Below are positions 38,005-47,972 of a stretch of DNA of 64,000 nt, piece by piece. The DNA comes from a virus (Duplodnaviria; Caudoviricetes). The translations under genes and the position numbers were made by a program. How positions within the stretch are numbered: position 1 is the first letter of the stretch; each line of letters starts with the position of its first letter. A model generated the notes under the pieces. The model saw only the letters and a list, made by a program, of their open reading frames with translations, made no database searches and was not told the origin of the DNA. Location: positions 30,186 to 94,185 of the IMG/VR virus record IMGVR_UViG_3300034021_000300; one strand, given 5' to 3'.

Positions 38005-39107
38005 TGGGAAATAAGTCAGGCATTAAATGGAATGGAGTAACCCAGGCACAAACCCAAAATACTATAGAAACTATAGGTTCAGATGTACAGATAATTCTAA
38101 GAGATCCAAGAACTGAACAAGAATGGGTTACTAGTTCTACAGATTATATCAATGCTCTTGTATCTTTAGGTGTAATACCTTCAAGTGCTGGTTCTTGGCT
38201 AACAAAAGGCAATAAGGGTACTGACTATACTAATGACTTTATTGGTACAGAAGATGATGAGCCTCTTACCTTTAGAACTAATAATGTTGCAAGATTAGGG
38301 TTTGATGAAAATGGTGGGGCTTTAAGTACAACTGATGTTTTAAATCCATCAGGAAGTTATAGCATTCTTCAATGGAGTACAGATGCTATAAATCAAAAAA
38401 TATATGTATCTGATGTACTTGTAACAGGTGTTAAAGTAACTACAGGAGATGTAACTATATTAACAGAAGATGTAGGAACAGGTGTTTATAATGAAACAAT
38501 AGTAAGTTTAGCTGAAATACTATTATCAGCATCAGGAACAGGGATATCAGATATTCATGTTTATCCAAATGGAGAAATAGGTATAGCTTCTACGGCAAAT
38601 ACAACAATCAATGCAATAACAGCTACTGGAGGTGTAAGTGGTAATGTAGGTATAGGTACAACTACACCGACTGAATTATTCTATGTAGATGGTACGGTTG
38701 GTACAACTGCATCAATTTTTAAAGTGCAAAAAAATTCTTTGTTTGATGATGTTGGTTTTCGTTATACAGGTAATACCGCCGCAGAAGATAGTTTAGTTGA
38801 TTTTCTTGTTGGTGGCTTGTATGGACTTAATTTTTCACACACGTTGAATGACGATTACTCGTTTTTTGTGGCACGTAGCAACGTAGAAAATCAATGGAGG
38901 AGTAATGGCGATATAACACTTCAAAACACAAGCGGTGATGGAAACGTAGGTATAGGCACAGCAAGCCCTGCATCTAAATTAACAGTAGATACAGGAGATG
39001 TAGAAGTGGTAGGAGATGCCAATGGTCTTATATTAGAAAGTCCTGATGCTACTAGATACAGAGTTACTGTAGCTAATGGAGGTACACTAACAGTAACAGC
39101 AGTCTAA
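38004..39107 (+). CDS. tail fibre with GNVGIGT repeats
   Basis: WLTKGN.GT...FIGT.D..PL.FRTNN, two GNVGIGT repeats, C-terminal ILESPD.TRYR..V.NGG.L. Confidence 0.7.
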   Translation: MGNKSGIKWNGVTQAQTQNTIETIGSDVQIILRDPRTEQEWVTSSTDYINALVSLGVIPSSAGSWLTKGNKGTDYTNDFIGTEDDEPLTFRTNNVARLGFDENGGALSTTDVLNPSGSYSILQWSTDAINQKIYVSDVLVTGVKVTTGDVTILTEDVGTGVYNETIVSLAEILLSASGTGISDIHVYPNGEIGIASTANTTINAITATGGVSGNVGIGTTTPTELFYVDGTVGTTASIFKVQKNSLFDDVGFRYTGNTAAEDSLVDFLVGGLYGLNFSHTLNDDYSFFVARSNVENQWRSNGDITLQNTSGDGNVGIGTASPASKLTVDTGDVEVVGDANGLILESPDATRYRVTVANGGTLTVTAV

Positions 39108-39125
39108 CCAAAAATAATTGATGTA

Positions 39126-39392
39126 ATGAAACATTTGCTTGACGAAATAAGTATATATATTCACGAAAACTTTGAAAGACTCTGTGGTGCTACAGTAGGA
39201 ATAGGTGCAGGAGTTAAACATGTTGTTACCCAAGAACAAGAAATTAACCTAGAAACAATTTTACAGAAAGTGCTACTTGTCGCTCTATATGCTATTGTTG
39301 GTGGAATATTTGGTGGAATAGGTAAATGGGCTATTGATGAGTTTAAAGCTTATATTAAAAAATACAAAAATGAGCAGAAAAGAAAAAGCTAG
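39126..39392 (+). CDS. putative holin
   Basis: small, TM segment, basic C-terminus, upstream of the endolysin. Confidence 0.5.
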   Translation: MKHLLDEISIYIHENFERLCGATVGIGAGVKHVVTQEQEINLETILQKVLLVALYAIVGGIFGGIGKWAIDEFKAYIKKYKNEQKRKS

Positions 39393-39759
39393 TTGGTGGT
39401 TAGTAGAACAAGTAATGAAAGCTAAAGAAATTGTAAGACAGTTTCCTGAAATATTTGGATTACCTTTAGTTTTAGTAAGTTTTTATTACAGCCCTCATTT
39501 ATTGTATATGGTAGACCCAACAGCAGCTAGTTGGGATTGGGGAGTAGTACAAACAGTAGTACTTGTAGCAATTATAGGATTAACATTAAACTGTTTAGCG
39601 TATATTGGTTTTAAATTAAACCACCCTAATTTATATAAAACATTTTTAGAATTAGATTATACTAAATTACCTGTATGGCAAATTACCTTATTATCCTTCT
39701 TTGTGGTCTCCAAATACATTCTAATGTTCTTGCTAATAACCTTAGCTCTTTTAACTTAG
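39370..39759 (+). CDS. three-TM membrane protein (holin/antiholin candidate)
   Basis: hydrophobic segments; lysis cassette position; start at MSRKEK. Confidence 0.5.
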   Translation: MSRKEKASWWLVEQVMKAKEIVRQFPEIFGLPLVLVSFYYSPHLLYMVDPTAASWDWGVVQTVVLVAIIGLTLNCLAYIGFKLNHPNLYKTFLELDYTKLPVWQITLLSFFVVSKYILMFLLITLALLT

Positions 39760-40280
39760 ATTCTAATAAAGTTGTAATACCTAAAGTAGAACCTAAAAAG
39801 AATGTTTATGAAGTATTAGATAGTTTATTTACTACTCAACTAAACATAAGAGAATTAACTGGAAAAAATGATGGGCCTCAAGTTGAGGCTTTTCTTCGTT
39901 CTGTAAACAGAGTAAAAGGAGATGCTTGGTGTGCTGCTTATACTTCTTATAATCTACAATACTTAGCTAAAAGAGGTTATAAAGTAGATTACATAGTATC
40001 AGGTTGGTCACCTTCTTGGGCTAATAATAAGTTTGTAATATGGAAAAAAGGAAAACCTTTGGTTCCTTTTACTATGGGAGATGTATTTAGCATATACTTC
40101 GCAAACTTAAAAAGAGCTGCACACGTAGGTTTTATATATGAAGATAAAGGCAATACTGTAATTACACAAGAAGGTAATACTTCTGATGATAATTATGGAC
40201 AAGCAACAAGAGAAGGTAATAAAGTAGCAAGAAAAAGAAGGCTTAAATCACAGTTATATACTGTAGCTAGATTCATGTAA
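39675..40280 (+). CDS. CHAP-like endolysin with N-terminal signal sequence
   Basis: RELTGKNDG, AWCAAY (Cys), AHVGFI (His), TQEGNT. Confidence 0.8.
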   Translation: MANYLIILLCGLQIHSNVLANNLSSFNLDSNKVVIPKVEPKKNVYEVLDSLFTTQLNIRELTGKNDGPQVEAFLRSVNRVKGDAWCAAYTSYNLQYLAKRGYKVDYIVSGWSPSWANNKFVIWKKGKPLVPFTMGDVFSIYFANLKRAAHVGFIYEDKGNTVITQEGNTSDDNYGQATREGNKVARKRRLKSQLYTVARFM

Positions 40281-41155
40281 TGGAAACCCAATTTGACAAT
40301 TATAGCTTTTTAATAGTACAAGCACCTGCAAGTTTATATAAAGATAAGCTTGTATTTATTGTCAATGGATCTACAAAAGGTCAGGGAAGAACTTACCCCT
40401 TTAAACCAGCAGGATTTTATTACTCAGATGGTTCTACTTGGATTTTTAAAGGAGCTACTAGTACAGGAGGAACAGGAACAGTTACATCAGTAGATATAAC
40501 TACTAATGCGGGAGCTATTACCATTACAGGTAATCCTATAACTACAGCAGGCACAATAGATTTAGGATTTAATGGAGCTATTACAGATTATATTGATGGT
40601 ACTGGAGCTTTACAAGTATTTCCAACCATCCCAAGCGGAACAGTTACAAACGTAGCAGCTTTAACTTTAGGCACAACGGGGACAGATTTAAGTTCTACGG
40701 TAGCCAATCCTACAACAACCCCTGTAATAACCCTAAATGTCCCAACGGCGAGTGCAACAAATAGGGGTGTATTAACCTCTACTCAATACAGCACACTATC
40801 TACCAAATCTTTTGGTATAGTAATTGACGGAGGTGGTACACCAATTACCACAGGTATTGCAGGAGATGTAGTTATACCCTTTGCTATGACTATTACTTCT
40901 TGGACTTTAATAGCTGACCAGGTAGGTAGTATAGTAATTGATTTATGGAAAGATACCTACGCTAACTACCCACCAACAGTAGCTGATACAATTACAGGCA
41001 GCGAAAAACCAACATTATCATCTGTTATTAAAAACCAAGATACAAACCTTACAACGTGGACTACAGCTGTTGCTGCGGGTGATATTATCAGGTTTAATGT
41101 TGATAGCGCAAGTACAGTAACACGTATAACTCTTTCAATTACAGGAATTGTATGA
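40280..41155 (+). CDS. tail fibre-like protein
   Basis: GTGTVTSV / GTVTNV repeats, TTTPVITLNVPTAS..NRG, C-terminal beta-sandwich. Confidence 0.65.
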   Translation: METQFDNYSFLIVQAPASLYKDKLVFIVNGSTKGQGRTYPFKPAGFYYSDGSTWIFKGATSTGGTGTVTSVDITTNAGAITITGNPITTAGTIDLGFNGAITDYIDGTGALQVFPTIPSGTVTNVAALTLGTTGTDLSSTVANPTTTPVITLNVPTASATNRGVLTSTQYSTLSTKSFGIVIDGGGTPITTGIAGDVVIPFAMTITSWTLIADQVGSIVIDLWKDTYANYPPTVADTITGSEKPTLSSVIKNQDTNLTTWTTAVAAGDIIRFNVDSASTVTRITLSITGIV

Positions 41156-41370
41156 TAGTACGCCTTATAAACCCTTTATTCCAAAACGAAACTAAGCAAT
41201 GGGACTACCTGATAACAAACAATCAGGGGGAAACAAGGGAACGCTTTCCATTTACCATTAATGATGGTGATGATGCTACAATAGAGGCTACTAATACCTT
41301 CAATGCGGTAAAAAACATAGATTGGACTTTAGACGAATTATTTATAGACGTACCAGATGGCAGTATATAA
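41152..41370 (+). CDS. small fibre-associated protein
   Basis: ORF track; coupled to neighbours. Confidence 0.5.
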   Translation: MIVRLINPLFQNETKQWDYLITNNQGETRERFPFTINDGDDATIEATNTFNAVKNIDWTLDELFIDVPDGSI

Positions 41371-43879
41371 AAACATAGGTACAGGTAATTTTACAGCAGC
41401 TAATTGGGAAGTTGTGCAGGGGTATGAGAATACCGAAACATCTGTACAACTTCTTACTACTACAGCAGTAGCAGCTCCGAATTACACAGCAGGGGTAGAA
41501 ACAGTAGATGGCGTATTGGTTAAGTTTGGTCTTATTCAAGGCACAGCAGGACAGATAGCTGCAACTACTGTAACAGCTCAATTATTTAACGTAACTACCG
41601 CAACAGTAGTAGCAAGTACCACAATAAATGTATCTGATTTAGATACTGCACTAATAAACTTTCCCTCTCCTTTTGCGGGAGGCTCTTGGCACTATTTAAA
41701 GTTTTCAGCACCTATTTTATTGGTTGTGGGACAGAACTATGCTGTAAGGCTTTTGGTTAATTCAGGAGGAGCTTCAGTTTGGGCTTGGAGGGCTGCGGCT
41801 AATGCTTGGAATAGAGGCATAGTAACAACTACAGCAGGAACACCCGCAGCTACGGATACCTTAATAGTTACTGGGGAATATACAGGAGTAGGAACAAGCA
41901 ATTCATTTACTGTAACCAATAATAATACAGCCACCACAACCTTTGCTAACTTTTTTGTAGGGGCTAAGGGTACTTTTGCTTGGGGAACAACAGCCGCCAC
42001 AAACTACTACCTTAAACTTGCAGGCAACTTAAATATAGGGATAGCAGGATTAATGAGTATGGGTACATTGGGAACACCCATGCCTTCTACATCAAGTGCA
42101 ATTTTAGAGTTTGTATGCGCCTCATCAGGGCAGTTTGGAATGATTGTCTACGGTACTTTGCAAACCTACGGGGCTACCAAAACAGTATCAGCTAAACTAA
42201 ATGCTAATGCTGCTGCTTTAGCAACTTCACTGACAACAAACATTTCTACGAATTGGAAGAACGGGGATATTTTAGGGCTTGCGGGGACTACACAAACCAA
42301 TACCCAAGCAGAGAAAATAACCTGTACGGCAGATGCAGTAACAACCACATTGACAGTAAGTGCTTTGGTTAATGCTCACGGAGGGGTAGCTCCTGTGGTA
42401 GCTGATATAGTAAACCTTCGTAGGAACGTAAGGATAATAGGAACTTCTACAACTAACGTAGCCTACATTAACTTTCCAAGCGGGATAAATACCACGTCTT
42501 ATTTATATTACACAGAGATATATTTTTGTGGTAACACAACTATTGGAAAATCAGCCATAGGTGTAGGGACAAGCGGCAGTATAGATGTAAGCTACTGCTC
42601 AATATATGACAACCCAAATGGTTATGGTTTTTTGCACTTCGGGGCTACAATAGGAACAATCAACTTTGCCAATAACGTAACGTACAACAACTCTATCGGG
42701 GTATATATGTCGCAAGCAGCTACTGGAACGTGGACTGTTAGTCAAAATGTATGTATAAGAAGCTCTGTTACACTAAATGATGTTGGTGGTACGTTTACCA
42801 ATAATATAGTTACCAACGCAACATCAACAGGCATTACAATAAGTGAAGCGTTTGGGGAAATTGTTTCCTTTAGCGGATTGACTTATTATGGGGGCGGCAG
42901 TACGGGTATAAACGTAAACTGTGCAGGAACAATATCTAATCTTACTGTTTGGCGAACAACATCAATAGGGCTAACAACCCCTGCTATTTTACAGTCGGGG
43001 CAAATGTTAATGTTTGATACCTTTACTCTATTTGGAAACGCTACGGTAAACCTATTACAAGGAACATCTGTTGGGCTTATCTTATTTAAAACAGGAACGG
43101 TTTTTGGTGGTACTACCCAAGTGGCACAATACGGTATATGGCCAGCCAATACCAACGACCATATTATTGTTCAAAGCACAGCTTTTTCAGGACATTCCAT
43201 AGCCGATATTAATGGTAATTCACAGGATAGGGGGAATAACCTTATGTTTTTAAACAGCACCTTTGCTTCGGCTGTGGAAATTATCTCACAATCGTCCTTA
43301 GACTTTCCTTTTGAAGGGTATGGGGTAACATCTGTAAATCATCAAAACGTAGCGGGGGTAAACAAGGCTTATACCAGAAACGGAACAGTACAAACTGATA
43401 CGGTAATATTTAATACAGCAAGTCCATCAGTACGATTAACACCAACATCAGCCTCTTTTAAATTGTATGCCAAGCCCTTTAAAGTGGCAGTATCAAATGG
43501 TCAAACTTGTACTGTATCAGTAGAAGTAAGAAAATCTACCTTAGCTGATGGTACGGCTTACAATGGTAACCAACCAAGACTAATGGTTAGGATTAACCCT
43601 ATTGCGGGCATAGCCTCTAATACAGTCTTAGATACTATGGTTGTGGCTGCGGGTACTTGGGAAACACTAACAGGAACAACAGTAGCCGTAGCACAGGATT
43701 GTATATTGGAGTTTTATGTAGACTGTGATGGTACTTTTGGTTGGATAAATTTTGATGACTTCTCAACAACAACTAATGTAAATACAAAGGGTATGGGCTA
43801 TTGGGATTTTGGACAGCCTTATACAACAGGAATTTTTAGTGCAATTTCTGGGCAAAAAAGTTATACATTTGTAGGGTAA
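41357..43879 (+). CDS. receptor-binding/depolymerase-like protein (G8-like plus parallel beta-helix)
   Basis: G.L.MGT..TP G8-like end, VNLRRNVRIIG, N/T-rich beta-helix repeats, CBM-like C-terminus. Confidence 0.6.
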   Translation: MAVYKNIGTGNFTAANWEVVQGYENTETSVQLLTTTAVAAPNYTAGVETVDGVLVKFGLIQGTAGQIAATTVTAQLFNVTTATVVASTTINVSDLDTALINFPSPFAGGSWHYLKFSAPILLVVGQNYAVRLLVNSGGASVWAWRAAANAWNRGIVTTTAGTPAATDTLIVTGEYTGVGTSNSFTVTNNNTATTTFANFFVGAKGTFAWGTTAATNYYLKLAGNLNIGIAGLMSMGTLGTPMPSTSSAILEFVCASSGQFGMIVYGTLQTYGATKTVSAKLNANAAALATSLTTNISTNWKNGDILGLAGTTQTNTQAEKITCTADAVTTTLTVSALVNAHGGVAPVVADIVNLRRNVRIIGTSTTNVAYINFPSGINTTSYLYYTEIYFCGNTTIGKSAIGVGTSGSIDVSYCSIYDNPNGYGFLHFGATIGTINFANNVTYNNSIGVYMSQAATGTWTVSQNVCIRSSVTLNDVGGTFTNNIVTNATSTGITISEAFGEIVSFSGLTYYGGGSTGINVNCAGTISNLTVWRTTSIGLTTPAILQSGQMLMFDTFTLFGNATVNLLQGTSVGLILFKTGTVFGGTTQVAQYGIWPANTNDHIIVQSTAFSGHSIADINGNSQDRGNNLMFLNSTFASAVEIISQSSLDFPFEGYGVTSVNHQNVAGVNKAYTRNGTVQTDTVIFNTASPSVRLTPTSASFKLYAKPFKVAVSNGQTCTVSVEVRKSTLADGTAYNGNQPRLMVRINPIAGIASNTVLDTMVVAAGTWETLTGTTVAVAQDCILEFYVDCDGTFGWINFDDFSTTTNVNTKGMGYWDFGQPYTTGIFSAISGQKSYTFVG

Positions 43880-43894
43880 AAAGCTTACTAAAAT

Positions 43895-44086
43895 ATGAAA
43901 GCAACAAAACAACAAGTAATTAATGCTCAGATAGAGCCATTCTTAAAATTAAAAGACCCTAATTGGGGAGATATTTACAATGCTATAAACCAATTTATAC
44001 ATATAACAAATGAGCTTGAAAAACAAGGTAATATCACGTTTGGAGAAGTTGTGGAACAACCTAAAGACTTGGAGCGTAAAGAATAA
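43895..44086 (+). CDS. small hypothetical protein
   Basis: ORF track; A-rich leader. Confidence 0.45.
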   Translation: MKATKQQVINAQIEPFLKLKDPNWGDIYNAINQFIHITNELEKQGNITFGEVVEQPKDLERKE

Positions 44087-44645
44087 AGTAATTGCAGTAC
44101 TTTCAATAATAATAGTATTTTTACTACTAAGATTGGAGTATTGTAATAAACCTAAGATACAATACTTAGATAGGACTGTAGTAGATTCTATAATAAGAAA
44201 ATCTACAGTAGACACTGTATATAAAACAGTTACTAAAACTAGGTATGTACAAATAGCAGAACCTGAACTTATTAAAGAATATAAGGATACTTGCTTAGAT
44301 TTAAAAGTAAATAGATACACTCAGATAGTACAAGACAGTTTGATTACAGGTAAAATAGTAGCAAGAGTAACAGGTACTTTAGATTCTCTTAAACTAGATT
44401 ATACTTATAAGTATCCTGTAATAACTAAGACAGACTCTATAACTATATACAAAACAAGAACTGTATATAAACAACCCCTGTCTTTAACTGTGGGAGGAGC
44501 TATTGGTGGTAATAAGAATACTTTTGTAGCAGGAATAAATGCAGGTATAATTACTCCAAAAGGTATGGTGTATGAAGCACAATATGATTTTTCAGGAAAA
44601 AGTATTACCTTTGGTGTGAAAAAAGCATTTAAACTTCAAAAATAA
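44010..44645 (+). CDS. membrane-anchored spanin-like protein
   Basis: N-terminal TM helix followed by Cys, T/D/V-rich linker, C-terminal amphipathic beta strands. Confidence 0.55.
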   Translation: MSLKNKVISRLEKLWNNLKTWSVKNKVIAVLSIIIVFLLLRLEYCNKPKIQYLDRTVVDSIIRKSTVDTVYKTVTKTRYVQIAEPELIKEYKDTCLDLKVNRYTQIVQDSLITGKIVARVTGTLDSLKLDYTYKYPVITKTDSITIYKTRTVYKQPLSLTVGGAIGGNKNTFVAGINAGIITPKGMVYEAQYDFSGKSITFGVKKAFKLQK

Positions 44646-44649
44646 CCAA

Positions 44650-45807
44650 ATGACTGTAGAACAAATTAAACAGGCTTTACTTGAAGATTCTTCTTTAAGA
44701 AAGCTTAATACAGAAAGACTTGCCAAAAAACTAGGAGCTACAATAGAAAATGTAATCCTAGCCAGGTCTAAAAAAACTCCTCTTCAAGAGAAGCTTGATT
44801 ATTTAGAATTACCTATCAGTGCTGTAGACAAAGTAAAGTTTTGGGATCAGGGTGAAAACCAAAGATTCACTATATCAACTAAAAGAAGTTGGCATGAAAC
44901 ATTGGGCCTCACATCAATAGATGATGCATTAGAAAGCATTAAAACAGCATTTAAAGATAAGATTTGTCCAGTAAGAATAAAGATAGAAGAAAAGGATAAT
45001 AGAAAAGCATTATTTATTTATTTAGCTGATTTACACATAGGAGCCAAAACTTCTAATAACAGCTTGTTTCCTAACCATTATGATGCTAATGTATTTAAAG
45101 AAAGGCTACAACATACCTTAGTTACCATAAAACAGAATAAAGAGTTCTTTGGTGTATTTGATGCATTATACATAGTAAACTTAGGAGATGCTCTTGATGG
45201 TTATAATAAACAAACTACAAGAGGTGGGCATGAATTACCTCAGAACTTAGATAACAATGAACAGCTAGATACATTCTTTGAAGCCCATAAAGATTTATTT
45301 GATACTATAGTATCTATGAATGCAGCTAAAAGAATAGAATATGTTGCTTGTACAAACTGTAACCATAGTGGTTCATTTGGTTACGCAGCTAACAGATTAC
45401 TAGACATCTACTTATCTCTTAAATACCCTGATATAAAGAGGACTATTGTAACTAGGTTTATAGACCACTTACAATATGGTCAACATACTTTTATGTTTAC
45501 TCATGGTAAAGATGATAAGGATATGAAGTTTGGATTACCAGCAATACTAAATGAAAAAACAGAGAATTATATTAATGCTTACATACACTACCATAAAATA
45601 CAAACACCTGCAATACATTTAGTAAAAGGAGATTTACACTTATCTGCTAAACAACCTGCAAAGATATTCCGTTACAAGAATGTTTTATCTTTATATGGTA
45701 GTAGCAAGTGGGTACAAACTAACTTTATGGTAAATAAATGTGGTTATAACTACGAGATAGTAGATAAGTATAGTACAAGTATTTATGAGAACGAACATAT
45801 ATTTTAA
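44650..45807 (+). CDS. calcineurin-like metallophosphoesterase
   Basis: ADLHIG, LGDALDG, NCNH, THG, GDLH. Confidence 0.8.
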   Translation: MTVEQIKQALLEDSSLRKLNTERLAKKLGATIENVILARSKKTPLQEKLDYLELPISAVDKVKFWDQGENQRFTISTKRSWHETLGLTSIDDALESIKTAFKDKICPVRIKIEEKDNRKALFIYLADLHIGAKTSNNSLFPNHYDANVFKERLQHTLVTIKQNKEFFGVFDALYIVNLGDALDGYNKQTTRGGHELPQNLDNNEQLDTFFEAHKDLFDTIVSMNAAKRIEYVACTNCNHSGSFGYAANRLLDIYLSLKYPDIKRTIVTRFIDHLQYGQHTFMFTHGKDDKDMKFGLPAILNEKTENYINAYIHYHKIQTPAIHLVKGDLHLSAKQPAKIFRYKNVLSLYGSSKWVQTNFMVNKCGYNYEIVDKYSTSIYENEHIF

Positions 45808-45810
45808 ATC

Positions 45811-46524
45811 ATGCTAACATTAGAGAAGCTCCGTTTTGGGCTATTAGAATCCATAAATCAATACTCAGATGACTCTACCCTGACTTATAGGTTACTAGAT
45901 CAGTATATAGAAGAATACAGAGTAAAATGGTTTGAACTTGAATTTAATAAATTCAATAAAGTAGTACCTAATGTGTACTATCAGACACTATCTTGTTTAG
46001 ATATAGAAACAGTAGATATTGCAGAATGTTGTTCTACCATTGTAGGTTGTGATATACTTCGTACAAAAGAAGAAATTCCAGGAATAATTTCTTTAACTGA
46101 TGGAGAACTAATAGCTAAAGTAAGCCCTGTAGGTATATACAACATTCCTTTTCAACTTATAAAATACGAGAACCTAGAGTACTTTGGTGAAGGTAGATAT
46201 GAGAAAAATAGAATAGGAGCTTTCTACTATAATAACAGAATTTATTTGTGGTGTAAAGACAAGTTTAACTACAGCTTAATAGAAAAGATTTCTATGAGGG
46301 CTGTATTTAGGTATCCTTCTGAAGCAGGTAAATTTAGTGATTGTTCTAATAAACCTTGTTGGGGCCCAGATACTGCATATCCTCTGGATGAAAGAATTTG
46401 GAACTATATGAAGAATGATATTTTAGCAAATGAGTTTAAAATTAAACTATCTTCACCACAAGACCTTAGCTTAAGTAATGCCAAAGTAGGCTCACCAATA
46501 AACCCAAATGAGAATACTCAATAA
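45811..46524 (+). CDS. tail ring protein
   Basis: crAss synteny; YQTLSCL...ILRTKEEIP...YPL. Confidence 0.7.
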   Translation: MLTLEKLRFGLLESINQYSDDSTLTYRLLDQYIEEYRVKWFELEFNKFNKVVPNVYYQTLSCLDIETVDIAECCSTIVGCDILRTKEEIPGIISLTDGELIAKVSPVGIYNIPFQLIKYENLEYFGEGRYEKNRIGAFYYNNRIYLWCKDKFNYSLIEKISMRAVFRYPSEAGKFSDCSNKPCWGPDTAYPLDERIWNYMKNDILANEFKIKLSSPQDLSLSNAKVGSPINPNENTQ

Positions 46525-47008
46525 AGACCACTATAGTTATTACAAGCAAAAATCTAAATCTCCACTATCGTATGAAGAGTATAACAACTTTTTATATGGT
46601 AATGGAGATTCTATGTATGATTGGAGAACTAAAGAAGTATGTAAAGAGTTTGGCTTAATGCAGGACATAATACATACAATAGTTCACTCTGCAAGTATGT
46701 TTCCTATGCCTTATGGGTTAGGTAATATATATGTAACAAAGAAGAAAAACAGAGTAATGGAATTTCCTAGTGGTAAAATCTTCAAGAAAAGAAGTGTAAA
46801 CTGGAAAGAAACAAAACAGAAAGGTTCTTTAGTGTTTCATGACAATGTACATACAGATGAGTATATTTACAAGATAAAATGGGATACCTCTTACCATCAT
46901 TACAGGAATAAAACTTTGTATAAATTCAAACCTTCCAGAGGATTTCAACGTTACATAGCATTTATGAAAGAGAAAAATCCACAATTAGACTATTTAGAAG
47001 ATGTATAA
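46508..47008 (+). CDS. IHF-like protein of crAss-like phages
   Basis: MPYGLG.I...VNWKET...N.HTD.Y...W...YKFKPSR. Confidence 0.7.
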   Translation: MRILNKDHYSYYKQKSKSPLSYEEYNNFLYGNGDSMYDWRTKEVCKEFGLMQDIIHTIVHSASMFPMPYGLGNIYVTKKKNRVMEFPSGKIFKKRSVNWKETKQKGSLVFHDNVHTDEYIYKIKWDTSYHHYRNKTLYKFKPSRGFQRYIAFMKEKNPQLDYLEDV

Positions 47009-47972
47009 TGGTAAATATGTAAGCTCATCATATATAATGAATGAGCTTTTCCGTGATTTTAAATCTTATGACTACCAACTACAAGTAGCTGATGTGGTAC
47101 AATGGATTGGTGATGGCTTACGCAGGTTAAAACAACCAAGGTATTATGTAGATAAACTAACAGATGGTAACCTAGCTTTAGGACATTTACCTCTGATAGA
47201 TATAGTTGATGGTAGAGGAGAATTACCTTATGACCTTATTTCTATAACTCAAACAGCAAGAGCTGAAGAAAGAAGAAGCCCTTTTAATCCTCCTTACGTT
47301 TTATCAGGTATAGCTTACTATGATATAGAAACAGGTACTGAATGTACTCTTGGAGATGGTTCTGCATTATGTAATCAGTTTACAGATTGTAACTGCCATA
47401 TAGGTTCAGACCAAAGATGTCAAGGTTGTTGTAAAGATTCACCTTGTACTACATTAACTCTACACCCAATGCGTTGGGCTACACATACATTCTTCAAAGG
47501 TTACCATAATTGTGACTTAGATGTAAGAGCTAATTCTGACCTTACTTATACAGTAAACAACAACTACATATTTACTTCTTTCAAAGAAGGTAAAGTATGT
47601 ATGGCATACAGAGCTGTACCTTTAGATGAGAATGGGTTACCTTTAGTACCTGATACACAATCAGTAATAGAATACCTTAAATGGTTTTGTGCTGAAAAGA
47701 TTGCTTTTAACTTATTTCTAACTGATAAATACACAGAAACTAAATTAAGTTATTTCCAAGCTAACCATCAGTTATGGTTTAGAAAAGCACGTGCTGAAGC
47801 TAAAATGCCTCAATCAATGGATGAATGGGAATCTTTAAAGAACTCTCGTGTTAAACTACTTCCAAGATTCTTTGAGCATAATTCATTCTTTGGCCACCTA
47901 CAAACTCCTCAACAGATTTGGAACCAACCAAGAAGTGTTGCATTAAATAACCCTGTAAGTAGATTATTATAA
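47001..47972 (+). CDS. tail tubular/ring protein
   Basis: YIFTSFKEGKV...Y.A.PLDENGLPL.PD; precedes the muzzle gene. Confidence 0.75.
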   Translation: MYNGKYVSSSYIMNELFRDFKSYDYQLQVADVVQWIGDGLRRLKQPRYYVDKLTDGNLALGHLPLIDIVDGRGELPYDLISITQTARAEERRSPFNPPYVLSGIAYYDIETGTECTLGDGSALCNQFTDCNCHIGSDQRCQGCCKDSPCTTLTLHPMRWATHTFFKGYHNCDLDVRANSDLTYTVNNNYIFTSFKEGKVCMAYRAVPLDENGLPLVPDTQSVIEYLKWFCAEKIAFNLFLTDKYTETKLSYFQANHQLWFRKARAEAKMPQSMDEWESLKNSRVKLLPRFFEHNSFFGHLQTPQQIWNQPRSVALNNPVSRLL

